IMG/VR virus record: IMGVR_UViG_2671180616_000002
Span: 4,542-68,541 of that record
Direction: 5' to 3' (one strand)
DNA length: 64,000 nt
DNA from: a virus
Lineage: Duplodnaviria > Caudoviricetes
The translations under genes were made by a program, and so were the position numbers. Positions 1 to 9,664 of the stretch are shown one piece after another. The notes under the pieces are model-generated. The model was given only the letters and a program-made list of their open reading frames with translations. It made no database searches and was not told the DNA's origin. The first letter of the stretch is position 1. Every line of letters starts with the position of its first letter.

Positions 1-1
1 C

Positions 2-133
2 TGGATCCCCGGCATGGACTCCCCAGACCGCCTGGACGCCGCCGTCCACCTCATCACCGAACTGGCCGACCCGGCCTCCGCAGCCGTCGCCAGCACCCCG
101 TACAAAGACCAGCGGCTGGCCGGTCGCCGGTGA
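2..133 (+). CDS. Terminase large subunit, C-terminal fragment (5' truncated by the window edge)
   Basis: Frame 2 reads WIPGMDSPDRLDAAVHLITEL...RR*. SPDRLDA matches the acidic motif at the end of the TerL nuclease domain, and it lies just upstream of the portal. Confidence 0.8.
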   Translation, partial: WIPGMDSPDRLDAAVHLITELADPASAAVASTPYKDQRLAGRR

Positions 134-218
134 ACGCCCCGACCCGGGCCGAGAAGGGACCAGGGCACCGTCGTCCTGGCGGCCGACGGCCTCAGCCTGC
201 CTGACCTGCACAAAGAGC

Positions 219-251
219 AGTGACCACTTAGATGCCAAATAAGTGGTCACT
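219..251. repeat. AT-rich perfect inverted repeat, 12-bp arms and 9-bp asymmetric spacer
   Basis: AGTGACCACTTA-GATGCCAAA-TAAGTGGTCACT read directly from the sequence. Confidence 0.85.
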
Positions 252-697
252 TTGGGGGACCCAGTTTGGAGAAGCCCCGTGTGGAATCACCAGACGTGAA
301 TTAGATTGGGCGACGCCTCACTGAACGCACTGCACAGTGCGCTGGGGGTGAGGCAGAGAGAAGCCCGGGAACCGGCAACAGCCGGCCCCCGGGCCAAGTG
401 GTAGCGGCCGCCCTGAGTCAGAACCAGGGGATGTCGCGAACAAGACCGATAGCGCGGTCTACGTTCGCAACAAAACGACAGCCCCAACAGGATCTTGCTC
501 AGGGCCGCCCGCCACTTTGCACGCGGCTTCCGATGCCGTCCAGCCATGCTTGGTACTCCCTCCCTAGTGAGTTGCAGAGGGGGACCACAGGCTCGAGATG
601 GCGTGAGCCACCGCGCGAACCGAGCCTACGCACGGCCGCGTTCCACTGCGCCGCGAATCCAGAAATCTCCCGCCCGGGGAACGACCTGCGGATACGC

Positions 698-728
698 CCG
701 TACTCTGATCACAAGGCGCGGGGCCTGG
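698..728 (+). promoter_or_regulatory. Putative late promoter/leader motif upstream of the portal
   Basis: CCGTACTCTGATCAC recurs as CCGTAGTCTGATCAC at 19946-19960 (before the endolysin). TGATC..CA.GGCGCGGGGCCTGG recurs at 2652-2673 (before the scaffold). Confidence 0.5.
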
Positions 729-744
729 TACGGAGGAAAACTCT

Positions 745-2718
745 GTGGGCCTCAGAGAGATCGCCATCCACGCGTGGAGCTGGCTGAACTACAAGCCGGT
801 GTACTCCGACGCGCAAGGCATGCCCAGCCGCCGGGCGTTCCCTGAAGCGCAGGCCATGTGGGTGCCAGCCGACGCCGAGCACCGGCTCGCCGCCTACAAG
901 CTCCTGGCCGCCTACGACCACAACCAGGCCTCCGAGATCGCCGAGGTCGTTGACGGGCCGCTCGCCCGGGAGCGACGCGAGTTCGGCGACCCTTCGATGT
1001 TCATCGACACCCTCGTCGCGAACGTCCTGGGCCGGGACCAGAAGATCGTGGTCCCCGGCGCCGAGCAGACCGGCTCCAAAGAAGGCGAAGCCGCAGCGAC
1101 AGCCGCAGCCGAACGCGTCCAGAACCTCCTGCGCGCCTGGGCCAAGGCCGAGCTGCTCCCCATGCGCCTCCAGCAGTGCGAACGCAAGGCCGTCGCTCTC
1201 GGAGACGGTGTGTACCGCATGGCGTGGGACCCGGCCAAGCGCCGCCCCACTTTGCGCGTTACCGACCCCGGCTTCTACTTCCCCGTCATCGGCGAGGACG
1301 ACGACGACGGCGAGTACCCGCGGCGCGTCCACTTCGCGTGGGAACTGCCAGCCGATCCGAAGCGCGGGCTGAAGACCAGACTGCGGCGCATCACGTACGA
1401 GCTGGACTGGATCCGCCCCCTGACCGTGGCCGGGGTAGACGAGACGGGAACCCGCGCCGTGCGCGCCCTGCCGCCGCCGGCCCAGGCCCTGGACGGCGGT
1501 GAACTCGAGGAGCCCGCACCCCCCGTGCTGACGCCCGGTGACACGATCGAGCCCGTCTCCGGGGCCATCGCCCGCCAGTACGCGTGGAACGACGAGCCCT
1601 CGTACGTCACCTGCTACCTCACCGACGCCACCTGGGTCATCGACGACCTCAAGGGCCCCGTCGACGTCGACTCGCTGCCCCTGTCCCTGGCCACGTACGC
1701 CACCCGGTCCGACGGGGAAGTCCTCGACCACCTCGACCTGCTCATCGATTTCATCCCGGTCATCCACGTCCCCAACACGGTGCCGCCGGCCGAAGAGCAC
1801 TGGGGCCAGTCGTCCCTCGCGAAGGTCCTGCAAGTCTTCGACGAGCTCGCCGGCTCCGACACGGACTCCGCCCGGGCCTCGGCGACCACCGGTCTGCCCA
1901 TGCTCGCCATCTCCGGCGCCAACCCGCAGGAGGAAGTGTCGGCCAGGCCCGGCATGGTCTTCAAACTGGCGGACAACGGCCGCCTGACGGCCGTCGATAC
2001 CTCCGCGGCCCTCGCCGAGCTCCGCAACCACGTCGGCGAACTGAAAGAGCGGGCTGCCGCCATCGCCCGACTGCCCGCCGTGTCCCTGGGCACCCTCAGC
2101 CCCTCCGAAGTCCCCTCCGGTTTCGCCATGCAGATCTCCCTCGGCCCGCTGGACTCCCTCATCGGCAGCATGCGCCTGGCCCGCGAGTACAAAGAGAAGC
2201 TGCTCCTGAAGTTCGTCCAACGCCTCTACCTGGCAGGCCAGCACCCCGACTGGGCAGGCATCACCCCGCAGGACGCCGAACTCGTCCGCGGCCCCTACAC
2301 CCCCACCGACAAGGCGTCTGTCCTCGAGCAGGTCGCCAACGGCGTCTCCAAGGGCGTCATGTCCCTCGAGACGGGCGTACGGATGCTCACCGACGCCGGG
2401 TTCCCCATCGACGACATCGAGCAGGAAATCGAGCAGATCCAGGCCCGCCAGTTCGAGCAGGCCCGGTTCCTCGCCGACGCCCTCGGAAACCTTGACGAAG
2501 TCGCCGACTTCCTCGGACGCAAAGCCCCGAGACCCCGGACCCGCCCATACCGAACCTGCCGCCGGTTCCAGGCGGCGACGAAGACGAAAACCCGCTGGAG
2601 CCGGGGCGGCAGGCAACCGGGGGCAACGAATGAGCAGACTCGTGCTTTCCTTGATCTCAGGCGCGGGGCCTGGATACCTCTTGGGAGGACTTGCCCCTAT
2701 GCGCCGCCCCGCGCTTGA
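745..2718 (+). CDS. Portal protein; probable single-C loss at about 2525, true stop likely at 2633
   Basis: First long ORF after terL, GGAGG RBS, portal-like features (ALGDGVY, IPVIHVPN, WGQSSL, MSLETGV). The alternative frame after 2526 reads PETPDPPIPNLPPVPGGDEDENPLEPG...NE* with normal codon bias. Confidence 0.8.
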   Translation: MGLREIAIHAWSWLNYKPVYSDAQGMPSRRAFPEAQAMWVPADAEHRLAAYKLLAAYDHNQASEIAEVVDGPLARERREFGDPSMFIDTLVANVLGRDQKIVVPGAEQTGSKEGEAAATAAAERVQNLLRAWAKAELLPMRLQQCERKAVALGDGVYRMAWDPAKRRPTLRVTDPGFYFPVIGEDDDDGEYPRRVHFAWELPADPKRGLKTRLRRITYELDWIRPLTVAGVDETGTRAVRALPPPAQALDGGELEEPAPPVLTPGDTIEPVSGAIARQYAWNDEPSYVTCYLTDATWVIDDLKGPVDVDSLPLSLATYATRSDGEVLDHLDLLIDFIPVIHVPNTVPPAEEHWGQSSLAKVLQVFDELAGSDTDSARASATTGLPMLAISGANPQEEVSARPGMVFKLADNGRLTAVDTSAALAELRNHVGELKERAAAIARLPAVSLGTLSPSEVPSGFAMQISLGPLDSLIGSMRLAREYKEKLLLKFVQRLYLAGQHPDWAGITPQDAELVRGPYTPTDKASVLEQVANGVSKGVMSLETGVRMLTDAGFPIDDIEQEIEQIQARQFEQARFLADALGNLDEVADFLGRKAPRPRTRPYRTCRRFQAATKTKTRWSRGGRQPGATNEQTRAFLDLRRGAWIPLGRTCPYAPPRA

Positions 2719-3466
2719 CCGCATCACCGGACCCGTCGACACCACGGCGTGGGCCCACCCGTACCCGGCGGGCCCCTTCTCCCCGGTTTTCTACGCCTCC
2801 GGCGACCCCAGCCCGGATGCCGTGACCCCTCCGGCAGGTGACACCGACCCGGCAGACCCGCCCAAGCCCAAGGCGCCGGCCACCCGCCCCGGACCCGCGG
2901 ACGGCGAACTCATCGTCCGAAGCGACTGGCTCGAACAGAAACTCACCGCGGAAAAGGACTCCGGGCGCCGCAACGGCAACCAGCGCCTCGCCTCCGACCT
3001 CGGATTCGACGACGTCAACAGCCTGCGCCAGTACGTCGAAGACAAGAAGAAGGCCGAGCAGGCACAGCTGTCCGAGACCGAGCGCCGCGCGAAGGAACTC
3101 GAGGACCGGGAACGCAAGCTCGCAGAGAAGGAAACCCAGGCAGCCGCCCGCGAACGCGTCGCCAACCGCCGCGCCATCCTGGTCGGCCTCGGAGCAACCG
3201 GCACCGACCTGGACGACGCCACCGCACTTCTGCGAGTCGACAACGACGCCAGCGACGACGACGTCACGGCCGCCGCCGAAGCCCTCAAGGCCCGCCGGCC
3301 CGAACTCTTCGGCGTACGCCCGCAGACAGACCCGGCCGCCCCGCAGCTGCCGCCCGCCCCCGGCGGAGCACCCGCCGGCGGCGCCCCCGCACGCCAGGCC
3401 ACCACCGGCAAGCCCGGCGACCGCGGACGAGAAATGGCCCGCCTGCGCGGCCACAAGGCCGCCTGA
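2699..3466 (+). CDS. Capsid scaffolding protein
   Basis: GGAGG RBS at 2684. Coiled-coil segment (KKKAEQAQLSETERRAKELE), ARRPELF motif, Pro-rich tail; upstream of the decoration and capsid genes. Confidence 0.7.
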   Translation: MRRPALDRITGPVDTTAWAHPYPAGPFSPVFYASGDPSPDAVTPPAGDTDPADPPKPKAPATRPGPADGELIVRSDWLEQKLTAEKDSGRRNGNQRLASDLGFDDVNSLRQYVEDKKKAEQAQLSETERRAKELEDRERKLAEKETQAAARERVANRRAILVGLGATGTDLDDATALLRVDNDASDDDVTAAAEALKARRPELFGVRPQTDPAAPQLPPAPGGAPAGGAPARQATTGKPGDRGREMARLRGHKAA

Positions 3467-3575
3467 CCACCAGACTTCCCGGTCGCACAGCCGGGGTTGG
3501 GACCACGCCCTCTCCTCGTGGACGCGCACCCGCGGGTGCCGCTGGCACCAAACACGCCACATCACGAGGAGAGCT

Positions 3576-4328
3576 GTGAACGACTTCCAGCCCTACTCCT
3601 ACACGGACAGCGTCACAGCCGACAGGCCGTGGCTCGCGTCCCTGGTAGGAGTCCAGGACACCAACACCATCACCCTCGACCTGAGCAAGTTCGTCGCGGG
3701 CACCCACTACACCGTCTCGGCGAACCCGATGCTCCAGGGCCGAAACGTCATGCGCTCCGGCATCCCGCTGGGCAAGGTCACCGCATCCGGCCTGTACGCG
3801 CCGTACGCCGGCCCGACATCCGAAATCCAGACCGTCACCGTCACCGGTACGCCCACCGGCGGCACCTACACGCTGACGTTCTCCGGGCAGACCACCGCCG
3901 GCATCCCCTACAACGCCACCGCCGCACAGGTGAAGACAGCCCTCGAGGCCCTGTCGAACATCAACGCCGGTGACGTGCTCGTCTCCGGGGGCCCGCACCC
4001 CGGAACCGCGATCGTGGTCGCCTTCGCCGGCCAGTACCTGGGCGACGACCAGGCGCAGATGACCGCCTCCGCAGCCGGACTGACCGGCGGCACCACCCCC
4101 GCCGTGACCGTCACCACGACCACCGCAGGCGGCGGCGCGGCACCGGCGGACGGCACCGACATCCTCGCCGGATTCCTGGTGTCCGAGATCAGCTTCAACC
4201 CCGGCTCCACCAAGGCCGCCGGCGCGCTGCTGTGGCACGGCGAGATCTTCGCCGAACAGTGCCCCGTCCCGTTCGACCCCACCGATGTTGGGGCCACCGC
4301 GCCCGGCGTCAACATCCACTACCGATAG
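3576..4328 (+). CDS. Head decoration protein with an inserted ~105-aa beta-rich domain
   Basis: GAGGAG RBS and GTG start. SGIPLGKVTASGLYAPY and AGFL...ALLWHG resemble decoration-protein motifs; immediately precedes the capsid gene. Confidence 0.7.
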   Translation: MNDFQPYSYTDSVTADRPWLASLVGVQDTNTITLDLSKFVAGTHYTVSANPMLQGRNVMRSGIPLGKVTASGLYAPYAGPTSEIQTVTVTGTPTGGTYTLTFSGQTTAGIPYNATAAQVKTALEALSNINAGDVLVSGGPHPGTAIVVAFAGQYLGDDQAQMTASAAGLTGGTTPAVTVTTTTAGGGAAPADGTDILAGFLVSEISFNPGSTKAAGALLWHGEIFAEQCPVPFDPTDVGATAPGVNIHYR

Positions 4329-4343
4329 TAGGAGGAGCAGACG

Positions 4344-5396
4344 ATGGAAGCCCTTGAGCTCCTTCTGCGAGACACCAGCGCCACCGACCTGACCGTGTTC
4401 GCCCGCCAGATGGACACCCCCGCCAAGTACCGGCTGACCCGCGAAGTCCTGCCGGAGACGCAGATCCAGGGCATCAAGTTCCGCACCACCAGCGCAAAGC
4501 GCCGCGTCAACGCCGCGAAGTTCCGGGCCTACGACGCGCCGACCGCGATGGCCAAGCGGCAGGCCGAGCGAGTCGTCAACGAGGGCATGCTGCCCGCCCT
4601 CGGACAGACCCTCGCCGTCTCCGAGATGGACCAGATCCTCCTCGACGTCGGCCACGGCTCGGACACCGAGCGCTACATCGAACTCCTGTACTCGGATGCC
4701 GAGCGCCACGTGGAGTCCATCAAGACCGCCCAGGAACTCGCCGCCGGCCAGCTCCTGGCCACCGGCGCGGTCAACCTGCCGGGTCTGGGACTGGACGTCG
4801 ACTGGAACGTCCCGGCAGAGAACATGCCGACCGCGGCAATCCTGTGGGACGACCCCAACGCCACCCCCCTGTCCGACGAGCGCGCGTGGATCGACTACCT
4901 CGTCGACAACGGAGCCCCCGCGCCCCGTGAGGTCATCACCTCCCGCCGCGCCCGCGCACTCCTCGCCGCGAACGCGGAGTACCGGTCCGCGTTCTACGGC
5001 TCCTCCAGCACCGCCACCACACCCTCCGCGACGCTCGCACCCAACGAGGTCGACGCGGTCCGCGCCCGCTACGGCCTCCCCCCGATCGTCATCTACGACG
5101 TCCAGGTGTGGAACGACGACACCTACCAGCGGGTCCTGCCGGACAACAAGTGGATCCTCATCCCGGACGTGCCCGCCTCCGAATGGGCACAGACCCAGTA
5201 CGGGGTGACCCGCGAGGCAGCCCAGTTCACCTCCGGCACCAACCCGGCCCTCACCCGGCAGGAAGCCCCCGGCATCGTCGTCGTCACCCACGTCGACGAC
5301 AACCCGGTCCAGATCTACACCCGCGGCGCAGCGATCGGCATGCCCGTCCTCTACGTCCCCGACATCCACATCTCCGCAACTGTCCTCGGGGCGTGA
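4344..5396 (+). CDS. Major capsid protein (lambda gpE-like family)
   Basis: 350 aa, strong RBS, RAYDAPT and C-terminal AIGMPVL...I patterns typical of capsid E; expected position. Confidence 0.85.
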   Translation: MEALELLLRDTSATDLTVFARQMDTPAKYRLTREVLPETQIQGIKFRTTSAKRRVNAAKFRAYDAPTAMAKRQAERVVNEGMLPALGQTLAVSEMDQILLDVGHGSDTERYIELLYSDAERHVESIKTAQELAAGQLLATGAVNLPGLGLDVDWNVPAENMPTAAILWDDPNATPLSDERAWIDYLVDNGAPAPREVITSRRARALLAANAEYRSAFYGSSSTATTPSATLAPNEVDAVRARYGLPPIVIYDVQVWNDDTYQRVLPDNKWILIPDVPASEWAQTQYGVTREAAQFTSGTNPALTRQEAPGIVVVTHVDDNPVQIYTRGAAIGMPVLYVPDIHISATVLGA

Positions 5397-5401
5397 GCGT
5401 C

Positions 5402-5695
5402 ATGGCCAAGCTCAGCAAGGCCGTATACGTCCGCGACCCGGAACGCCACCGCACCGTCCTCCTCAAACCGGGGGAGGAACCGGCACCGCACCTCGCGGCC
5501 CTGGTCACCAACCCCGACTGCTGGGAAGACGGCAAGGTGCCGGGCACCGAAGACCACACCGCCACACAGTCCAAGGACCCGGAGCCCGACAAGGACACCG
5601 ACACCGAGGACACCAAGCCGGCCGCCCGCAAAACGGCGGCCAAGAAGCCGGCCCGGGGCCGGACGACCGCCGCTGAGGGCACCGGCGGTCAGTAA
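5402..5695 (+). CDS. Small virion-associated protein
   Basis: MAKLSKAVYVRDP..., Lys/Ala-rich tail, directly after the capsid gene. Confidence 0.55.
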   Translation: MAKLSKAVYVRDPERHRTVLLKPGEEPAPHLAALVTNPDCWEDGKVPGTEDHTATQSKDPEPDKDTDTEDTKPAARKTAAKKPARGRTTAAEGTGGQ

Positions 5696-5782
5696 GCGGC
5701 GTGCGGGCCCGACCCCTGGTGGGGCGCCAGACCGGGCCCGCACCTGCATCCCCTTCCCACCCACACCTGACCGGAGGACCTG

Positions 5783-6118
5783 GTGGACCCAGCCGTAACC
5801 GCCTGGCTGCTCTCCCAGCTTGGCCCCGACACCGACCTCACCGACCTCGCAGCCCGATACGCACGCCTCGCCACCGCCCGGGCAGTCGCCATCGAGGTGG
5901 TGCGAGAGCGCCTGGCCGCACTGCTCTCGTCACCCGGCACCGTGACCGTGTCCGGTGTCGTGTCCATCAACGTGTCCGCGAACATCGCCGCCTACGAACG
6001 GCAAGTGGCCGCCCTTGAGTCCGGTGAGCCACCCGCACCCGACGACCCGGCCGACAGCGATGACGACACGGGCGACGGGTTCGGTGTGATGTACCTGGTG
6101 GAACGGCCACGCCGATGA
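5783..6118 (+). CDS. Putative head-tail adaptor
   Basis: GGAGG RBS, 111 aa, position in the neck region. Confidence 0.5.
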   Translation: MDPAVTAWLLSQLGPDTDLTDLAARYARLATARAVAIEVVRERLAALLSSPGTVTVSGVVSINVSANIAAYERQVAALESGEPPAPDDPADSDDDTGDGFGVMYLVERPRR

Positions 6119-6951
6119 CCACCCCCACCCGGCGCCGCACCCTCCGCGCCCGCCTCCTCGACTTCATCCGGGACGCCACCAGCAGACTCACCGCAGCATG
6201 GCGCATCCTGACCGGCGCCCAAAGCCGGCTCCTGGACGCGCTCGCCCGAATCCGGCCCGGCCGCAACGCCCCCGCCCTGATCCGGGCCGCACAGACCGCA
6301 TTCCAGCAGTCGATCGCCGACTTCGACCGGGCCGCCACCGGATTCACCGAACGCTGGGCAGCCACCGACCTGCCCCTGGCCTACCGCGAAGGCGCCCTCG
6401 CAATGCTCGACCGGGCCGACCGGCCCCGCCGCTCCTGGTCCTGGACCACCCGGCACCAGAACACCGTCACCGCCCTGTCCGCCCAGTGCTACTCCGACCT
6501 CACCGGCCGCCTCACCGAAGCGACCCGCCGCGCCCGCGCCTTCATGCGCGCCGCCGTGGACGCCGCCCGCACTCGCCTGTCCCGCTTCGAAGTAGCCGCG
6601 TTCGACCGGAACGCACTTCGTAAGCAGCACCCCCTCGACACCGTCATCTACGCCAATAACGCCCGCCACCCCGTCCAAGCCTGGGCAGCCTCAGCCCTGT
6701 CATGGCAGGCCGTGACCGCCGCCAACGCCGGGGCCGTCGCCACCGCGTACGAACAGCTGGCCTGCACCCAGGTCAAAGTCCGAGACGGCCACGGCTGCGG
6801 ATGGGCGACACACAAGGACCCGGACACCGCGGACGGCACCATTCGCGACATCGACGACGCCCTCGCCCACCCCGTGGCCCACGCCCACTGCGTGCGCGAA
6901 TTTCTGCCCCACTTCGACAGGCCCACCCGACCTCTTGGAGCACCCGCATGA
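6115..6951 (+). CDS. Minor capsid/head morphogenesis (MuF-like) protein
   Basis: Helical N-terminus; C-terminal DGHGCG...ADG...HPVAHAHCVR resembles the MuF/minor-capsid Cys/His motif. Confidence 0.6.
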   Translation: MTTPTRRRTLRARLLDFIRDATSRLTAAWRILTGAQSRLLDALARIRPGRNAPALIRAAQTAFQQSIADFDRAATGFTERWAATDLPLAYREGALAMLDRADRPRRSWSWTTRHQNTVTALSAQCYSDLTGRLTEATRRARAFMRAAVDAARTRLSRFEVAAFDRNALRKQHPLDTVIYANNARHPVQAWAASALSWQAVTAANAGAVATAYEQLACTQVKVRDGHGCGWATHKDPDTADGTIRDIDDALAHPVAHAHCVREFLPHFDRPTRPLGAPA

Positions 6952-7340
6952 GCGAGCCGAGCCCGCCCCCGGCCACGCCCAGCGCGTACGGCGTGCGCAT
7001 CGACGCGCAGCCCGGCCACGCCTCCATCACCCTGGACGGTCACCGGATCCCACAGGGCCAGGTCGCCGGGTACACACTCCAGCACTCCATCCCCGACGCC
7101 CTGCCCACCCTGGTCCTCCACACCCGCCAGTCCGATGGCCTGCTCTGGGAAGGCATCGCCCGCGTCGCAGTCGCCACCGAGCAAGACCCCGGCGAAGCCA
7201 TCGCCGCCTTCCTCGGCAGCATCGATCCCACCGCGCTCAGCCAGGCCGCACTGAACCGGAACGATCTCGACGGCACCAAGCACGAGATCACCCGGGCGAT
7301 CCTCCAGCAGCTCGCCGACTGGGCGCAGGGGAGCATCTGA
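6948..7340 (+). CDS. Hypothetical virion-module protein
   Basis: ATGA overlap with the upstream gene, good codon bias. Confidence 0.55.
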   Translation: MSEPSPPPATPSAYGVRIDAQPGHASITLDGHRIPQGQVAGYTLQHSIPDALPTLVLHTRQSDGLLWEGIARVAVATEQDPGEAIAAFLGSIDPTALSQAALNRNDLDGTKHEITRAILQQLADWAQGSI

Positions 7341-7786
7341 TGGCCGGCCTGGACCAGGCGCTTGCTGGCGTCACACGGTGGATCGAGACCAACCTGCTGA
7401 TCGACACCGTGCGTATCACCCAGCCCGGCAGCGGCGAGCCCGTCCTGAACGCGGCCACCGGCCAGCTCGAGTACCCGCAGGGCACCGTCCTCTACGAGGG
7501 ACCGGGCGCCATCGTCCCTGGCTCCGCGACGATGGAACGCTCCGCCGTGCCTGACGCCACCCAGCCGTGGTTCCCCCAGACCCGGTCCACGTACGTTCTC
7601 CTCACCCCGATCGGGGCGCCCATCCCTCCGGAGCACGCCATCGCGTCCGCCGTCCAGGTCCACGACCCGACACGCACCTCCCTCCTGGGCCGGACATGGA
7701 TTTGCGCCGACCCCGGGCAGGCCAGCACCGTGGAGGTCGTCCGCCGTACCGCCCTGGACCAGAACCGGGCTGAGGGCACACCGTGA
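7340..7786 (+). CDS. Putative head-closure/stopper protein (DUF6093-like)
   Basis: LIDTVRITQPG...VLYEGPG pattern, TGATG overlap, neck position. Confidence 0.55.
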   Translation: MAGLDQALAGVTRWIETNLLIDTVRITQPGSGEPVLNAATGQLEYPQGTVLYEGPGAIVPGSATMERSAVPDATQPWFPQTRSTYVLLTPIGAPIPPEHAIASAVQVHDPTRTSLLGRTWICADPGQASTVEVVRRTALDQNRAEGTP

Positions 7787-8172
7787 CGCCCGATGAGCTG
7801 GCCGACCGGCTCGAGGCCGCAGCGGACAACCTGGGGGACGCCATCGCCCGCCGGGTCCAGCACACCGCCGAACTGGGCCGCGGCATGATCCGGGCCAACG
7901 CGACCGGCCGGCCCGGGCCAAACGTCATCACCGGCAGGTACCGGTCGTCCTGGGAAACCGTGACCCGCAGCATCCCGTACGGCGCCGAGTGCACCATCGG
8001 CACCAACCAGCCCCAGGGCAGACGCCTGGAATTCGGCTTCTACGACATGACAGACAGCCTCGGCCGGCACTACTACCAGCCGCCCTTCCCGCATGTCGGG
8101 CCAGCCGTACCGCGCATGGAGACCATGCTCAAGGCGCAGGTTCTGGCTGCCGCACAGGAGGTGCTCGGGTGA
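7783..8172 (+). CDS. HK97 gp10-like tail-completion protein
   Basis: TGRYRSSW...IGTNQPQGRRLEFG...PPFPHVGPA motifs. Confidence 0.75.
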   Translation: MTPDELADRLEAAADNLGDAIARRVQHTAELGRGMIRANATGRPGPNVITGRYRSSWETVTRSIPYGAECTIGTNQPQGRRLEFGFYDMTDSLGRHYYQPPFPHVGPAVPRMETMLKAQVLAAAQEVLG

Positions 8173-8618
8173 TCGCCCGCCTGCCCGTGACGATGGCCCT
8201 GTCCGCGCTCCTCGCCTCCGCCACACGCCTGCCGGTCGGACGCGGCCGCCAACCGGAGGGCGCAAAACCCCCGTATTACCTGCTGTACGCCATTACCAGC
8301 AACATCAGCGGCGCACCGTTCTCCGACCAGCACGAAGACTCCACCCTGGTCTACCAGGTCACCTCCGTGTCCGGGCCCGACCCGACCAGACCCGAATCGT
8401 ACGGAGTCGCGGACCAGGCAGAGTGGATGGCCGACCTCGCCCGCACCGCGATCCTGGGGCGGCACGCGGCGACCGGACTGTGGCTCCATGAACTGACCAT
8501 CCCCGGCGCCCGGGTGACCGGGCGCTCCCTGGACGCCGAACCGGGGGGAACGAATGATCCAGCCGATGCCATCATGAGTTACGTGCAGAGATTCAAGTTC
8601 GACCTGACCTCGACCTGA
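8169..8618 (+). CDS. Putative tail terminator
   Basis: PPYYLLY...YQVTSV pattern; lies between the gp10-like and tail tube genes. Confidence 0.55.
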   Translation: MIARLPVTMALSALLASATRLPVGRGRQPEGAKPPYYLLYAITSNISGAPFSDQHEDSTLVYQVTSVSGPDPTRPESYGVADQAEWMADLARTAILGRHAATGLWLHELTIPGARVTGRSLDAEPGGTNDPADAIMSYVQRFKFDLTST

Positions 8619-8760
8619 CTTCTGGTCAGGCAGTTTGACCGCACCGCGGCGGGACCCCACGCGGACGCGCCACCAGAGGTGGCCGCCAACCACACACATC
8701 ACGTGTAAAGGGGCCCCGTCCGCCGCATCGCGGAAGGCCCCGGGACAAAGGGGCCCACCC

Positions 8761-9558
8761 ATGCCAGTCAAGAAGTACATGAGGCGCGGAACCAGCGTCT
8801 TCAAGTTCGTACCCGTGATCGCTGCGTCCAGCATGATTCCCACCCGCAGCGAGCTCAACGGCGGAAGCAATCTCACCGAGTACATCGCCGGCCTCGATGG
8901 CTGGACGCAGACGAACAATGTGATCGAAACGCCGGACATGGCGGACACCTTCGATTCGAAGATCCCCGGATCCGATGCGGCTGACGACTCCAGCATGACG
9001 TTCTACGAGGACGAGGAGTCCGCGACCCTCGAGACGACCCTGGCCAAGGGCACGTCCGGCTACGTCGTGATCCTCCGCAAGGGCGACGTCCCCGCATCCG
9101 CGTCCATGGACATTTTCCCGGTCCGGGTGGCCTCGCAGTCGCCGCAGTACACCGCGGACAACGAAGCCGCGAAGTTTGTCGTCAATTTCACCATCACCTC
9201 CCGCCCGGTCCAGGGCGCCCCGGTGCCGGCAGCGGGCACAGACGAGGTCCAGAGCGTCGCCATCACCGGCTCCCCGACCGGCGGCACCTACACCCTCACG
9301 TTCGATACCCAGACCACTGCGGGCATCGCGTACAACGCCACGGCGGCCGCGGTGCAGTCCGCGCTCGAGGCGCTGTCGAACATCACCCCTGGAGACGTCG
9401 TCTGTGCGGGCGGCCCGCACCCGGGCACCCCGGTCACGGTCACCTTCGGCGGCCAGTACGACGGCCTGAACGTCACCGAGATGACCGGATCCGCGGCCGG
9501 CCTCACCGGCGGCACCACCCCGGCCGTCACGGTCACCACCACCACGCCGGGCGGCTGA
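8761..9558 (+). CDS. Major tail (tube) protein with a C-terminal appended domain
   Basis: TPDMADTFDSKIPG...MTFYED...GYVVILRKGD...DIFPV typical of actinophage tube proteins; precedes the chaperone and tape measure genes. Confidence 0.8.
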   Translation: MPVKKYMRRGTSVFKFVPVIAASSMIPTRSELNGGSNLTEYIAGLDGWTQTNNVIETPDMADTFDSKIPGSDAADDSSMTFYEDEESATLETTLAKGTSGYVVILRKGDVPASASMDIFPVRVASQSPQYTADNEAAKFVVNFTITSRPVQGAPVPAAGTDEVQSVAITGSPTGGTYTLTFDTQTTAGIAYNATAAAVQSALEALSNITPGDVVCAGGPHPGTPVTVTFGGQYDGLNVTEMTGSAAGLTGGTTPAVTVTTTTPGG

Positions 9559-9664
9559 CCCCAGCCCGCTCCGCATCAGCTCCCGGCCGGGCCCCTCACG
9601 GTGTGCTTGGGAAGGGGCGCCGTGAAGGCGCCCGGCCGGGTCCCCTTCCCTCCTGGAGGACCAC

